A DNA stretch of 24,996 bases from a virus (lineage: Duplodnaviria; Caudoviricetes): the IMG/VR virus record IMGVR_UViG_3300012665_000117, positions 1 through 24,996 of that record; one strand, written 5' to 3'. Positions 24,552-24,996 of the stretch are shown piece after piece. The position numbers and the translations under genes were made by a program. Position 1 is the stretch's first letter. Each line of letters opens with the position of its first letter. The notes under the pieces are model-generated. The model was not told where the DNA came from. It made no database searches and saw only the letters and a program-made list of their open reading frames with translations.

Positions 24552-24996
24552 TGCAGTCTTGCTAATCTAATCAATGTTGCTGACAAGTTAATTTCAGCAT
24601 CTGCTACTAGCGCATGATCAACAAGACCTTGTTTAATAATAAGAACGGCACTGTCTTGCTTTTCTTCATCTGCGCCAAACAACGAAATGTTATCGTACAT
24701 CCAACGATAGATTTCGTCCATCTCTTCGGCTCTTGCCTGACTGCATAACAGCTTACGTGCTTCAGTGATCTTGCCCTTCTTAAAGAGTTCTACCATTTCT
24801 ACACGATAGTCTGTACTGTTGTCAATACCGCCTTCTTCAGGATTACTTAACTTGCCATCGAGGCTATTCATTTGCACATTGTTAATACACTTACGCAAGT
24901 CTGGATAGGTTGCCTTAACATAAGTGTCTAGGGTATCTAAGTCAAACTCTACGTTTTCTTCTACAAGGATCGTAGCAACTCTAGCAGTAAACTCAG
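24548..24996 (-). CDS. Clamp loader AAA+ subunit (RFC/gp44-like), C-terminal part, truncated by the window edge
   Basis: The frame extends to the edge: EFTARVATILVEENVEFDLDTLDTYVKATYPDLRKCINN (sensor-2 DLR); C-terminal D.EINLSA.L. Confidence 0.8.
   Translation of the reverse strand, partial: EFTARVATILVEENVEFDLDTLDTYVKATYPDLRKCINNVQMNSLDGKLSNPEEGGIDNSTDYRVEMVELFKKGKITEARKLLCSQARAEEMDEIYRWMYDNISLFGADEEKQDSAVLIIKQGLVDHALVADAEINLSATLIRLARLQ

Noticed and set aside
1-24996. CRISPR array, alternative genetic code, introns or inteins
   Set aside because: No regularly spaced repeats were seen. Long genes read through in code 11 with TAA, TAG and TGA all used as stops, and the polymerase and ClpA are of ordinary length.

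Overview
This is a 25-kb segment of a large T4-superfamily-like (myovirus-type) dsDNA phage genome in the standard genetic code, with almost all genes on the minus strand. It contains replication genes (partial sliding clamp, intact family-B DNA polymerase, DsbA-like protein, partial clamp loader, dCMP deaminase) and PhoH. A long late block encodes proteins that begin with a T4 internal-protein-like capsid-targeting motif (M-[RK]-x-x-[EDQ]-[FL]...E); these include a GH19 hydrolase and a trio of nucleotidyl-transfer enzymes. Host-derived genes include a fatty-acid desaturase, a TerC/Alx-like protein behind a yybP-ykoY Mn2+ riboswitch, Dps, DnaJ and ClpA. A Gram-negative-type lysis cassette (GH19 endolysin, i-/o-spanins, holin candidates) is also present. 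The most unusual element is a ~100-nt GC-rich structured non-coding RNA candidate at 5791-5893. Its hairpins carry near-exact copies (or, on the probably transcribed minus strand, complements) of universally conserved rRNA functional sites: the 16S 530 loop, 23S H69-H70 and the 23S GTPase centre. All family calls come from motif recognition; no database searches were run.
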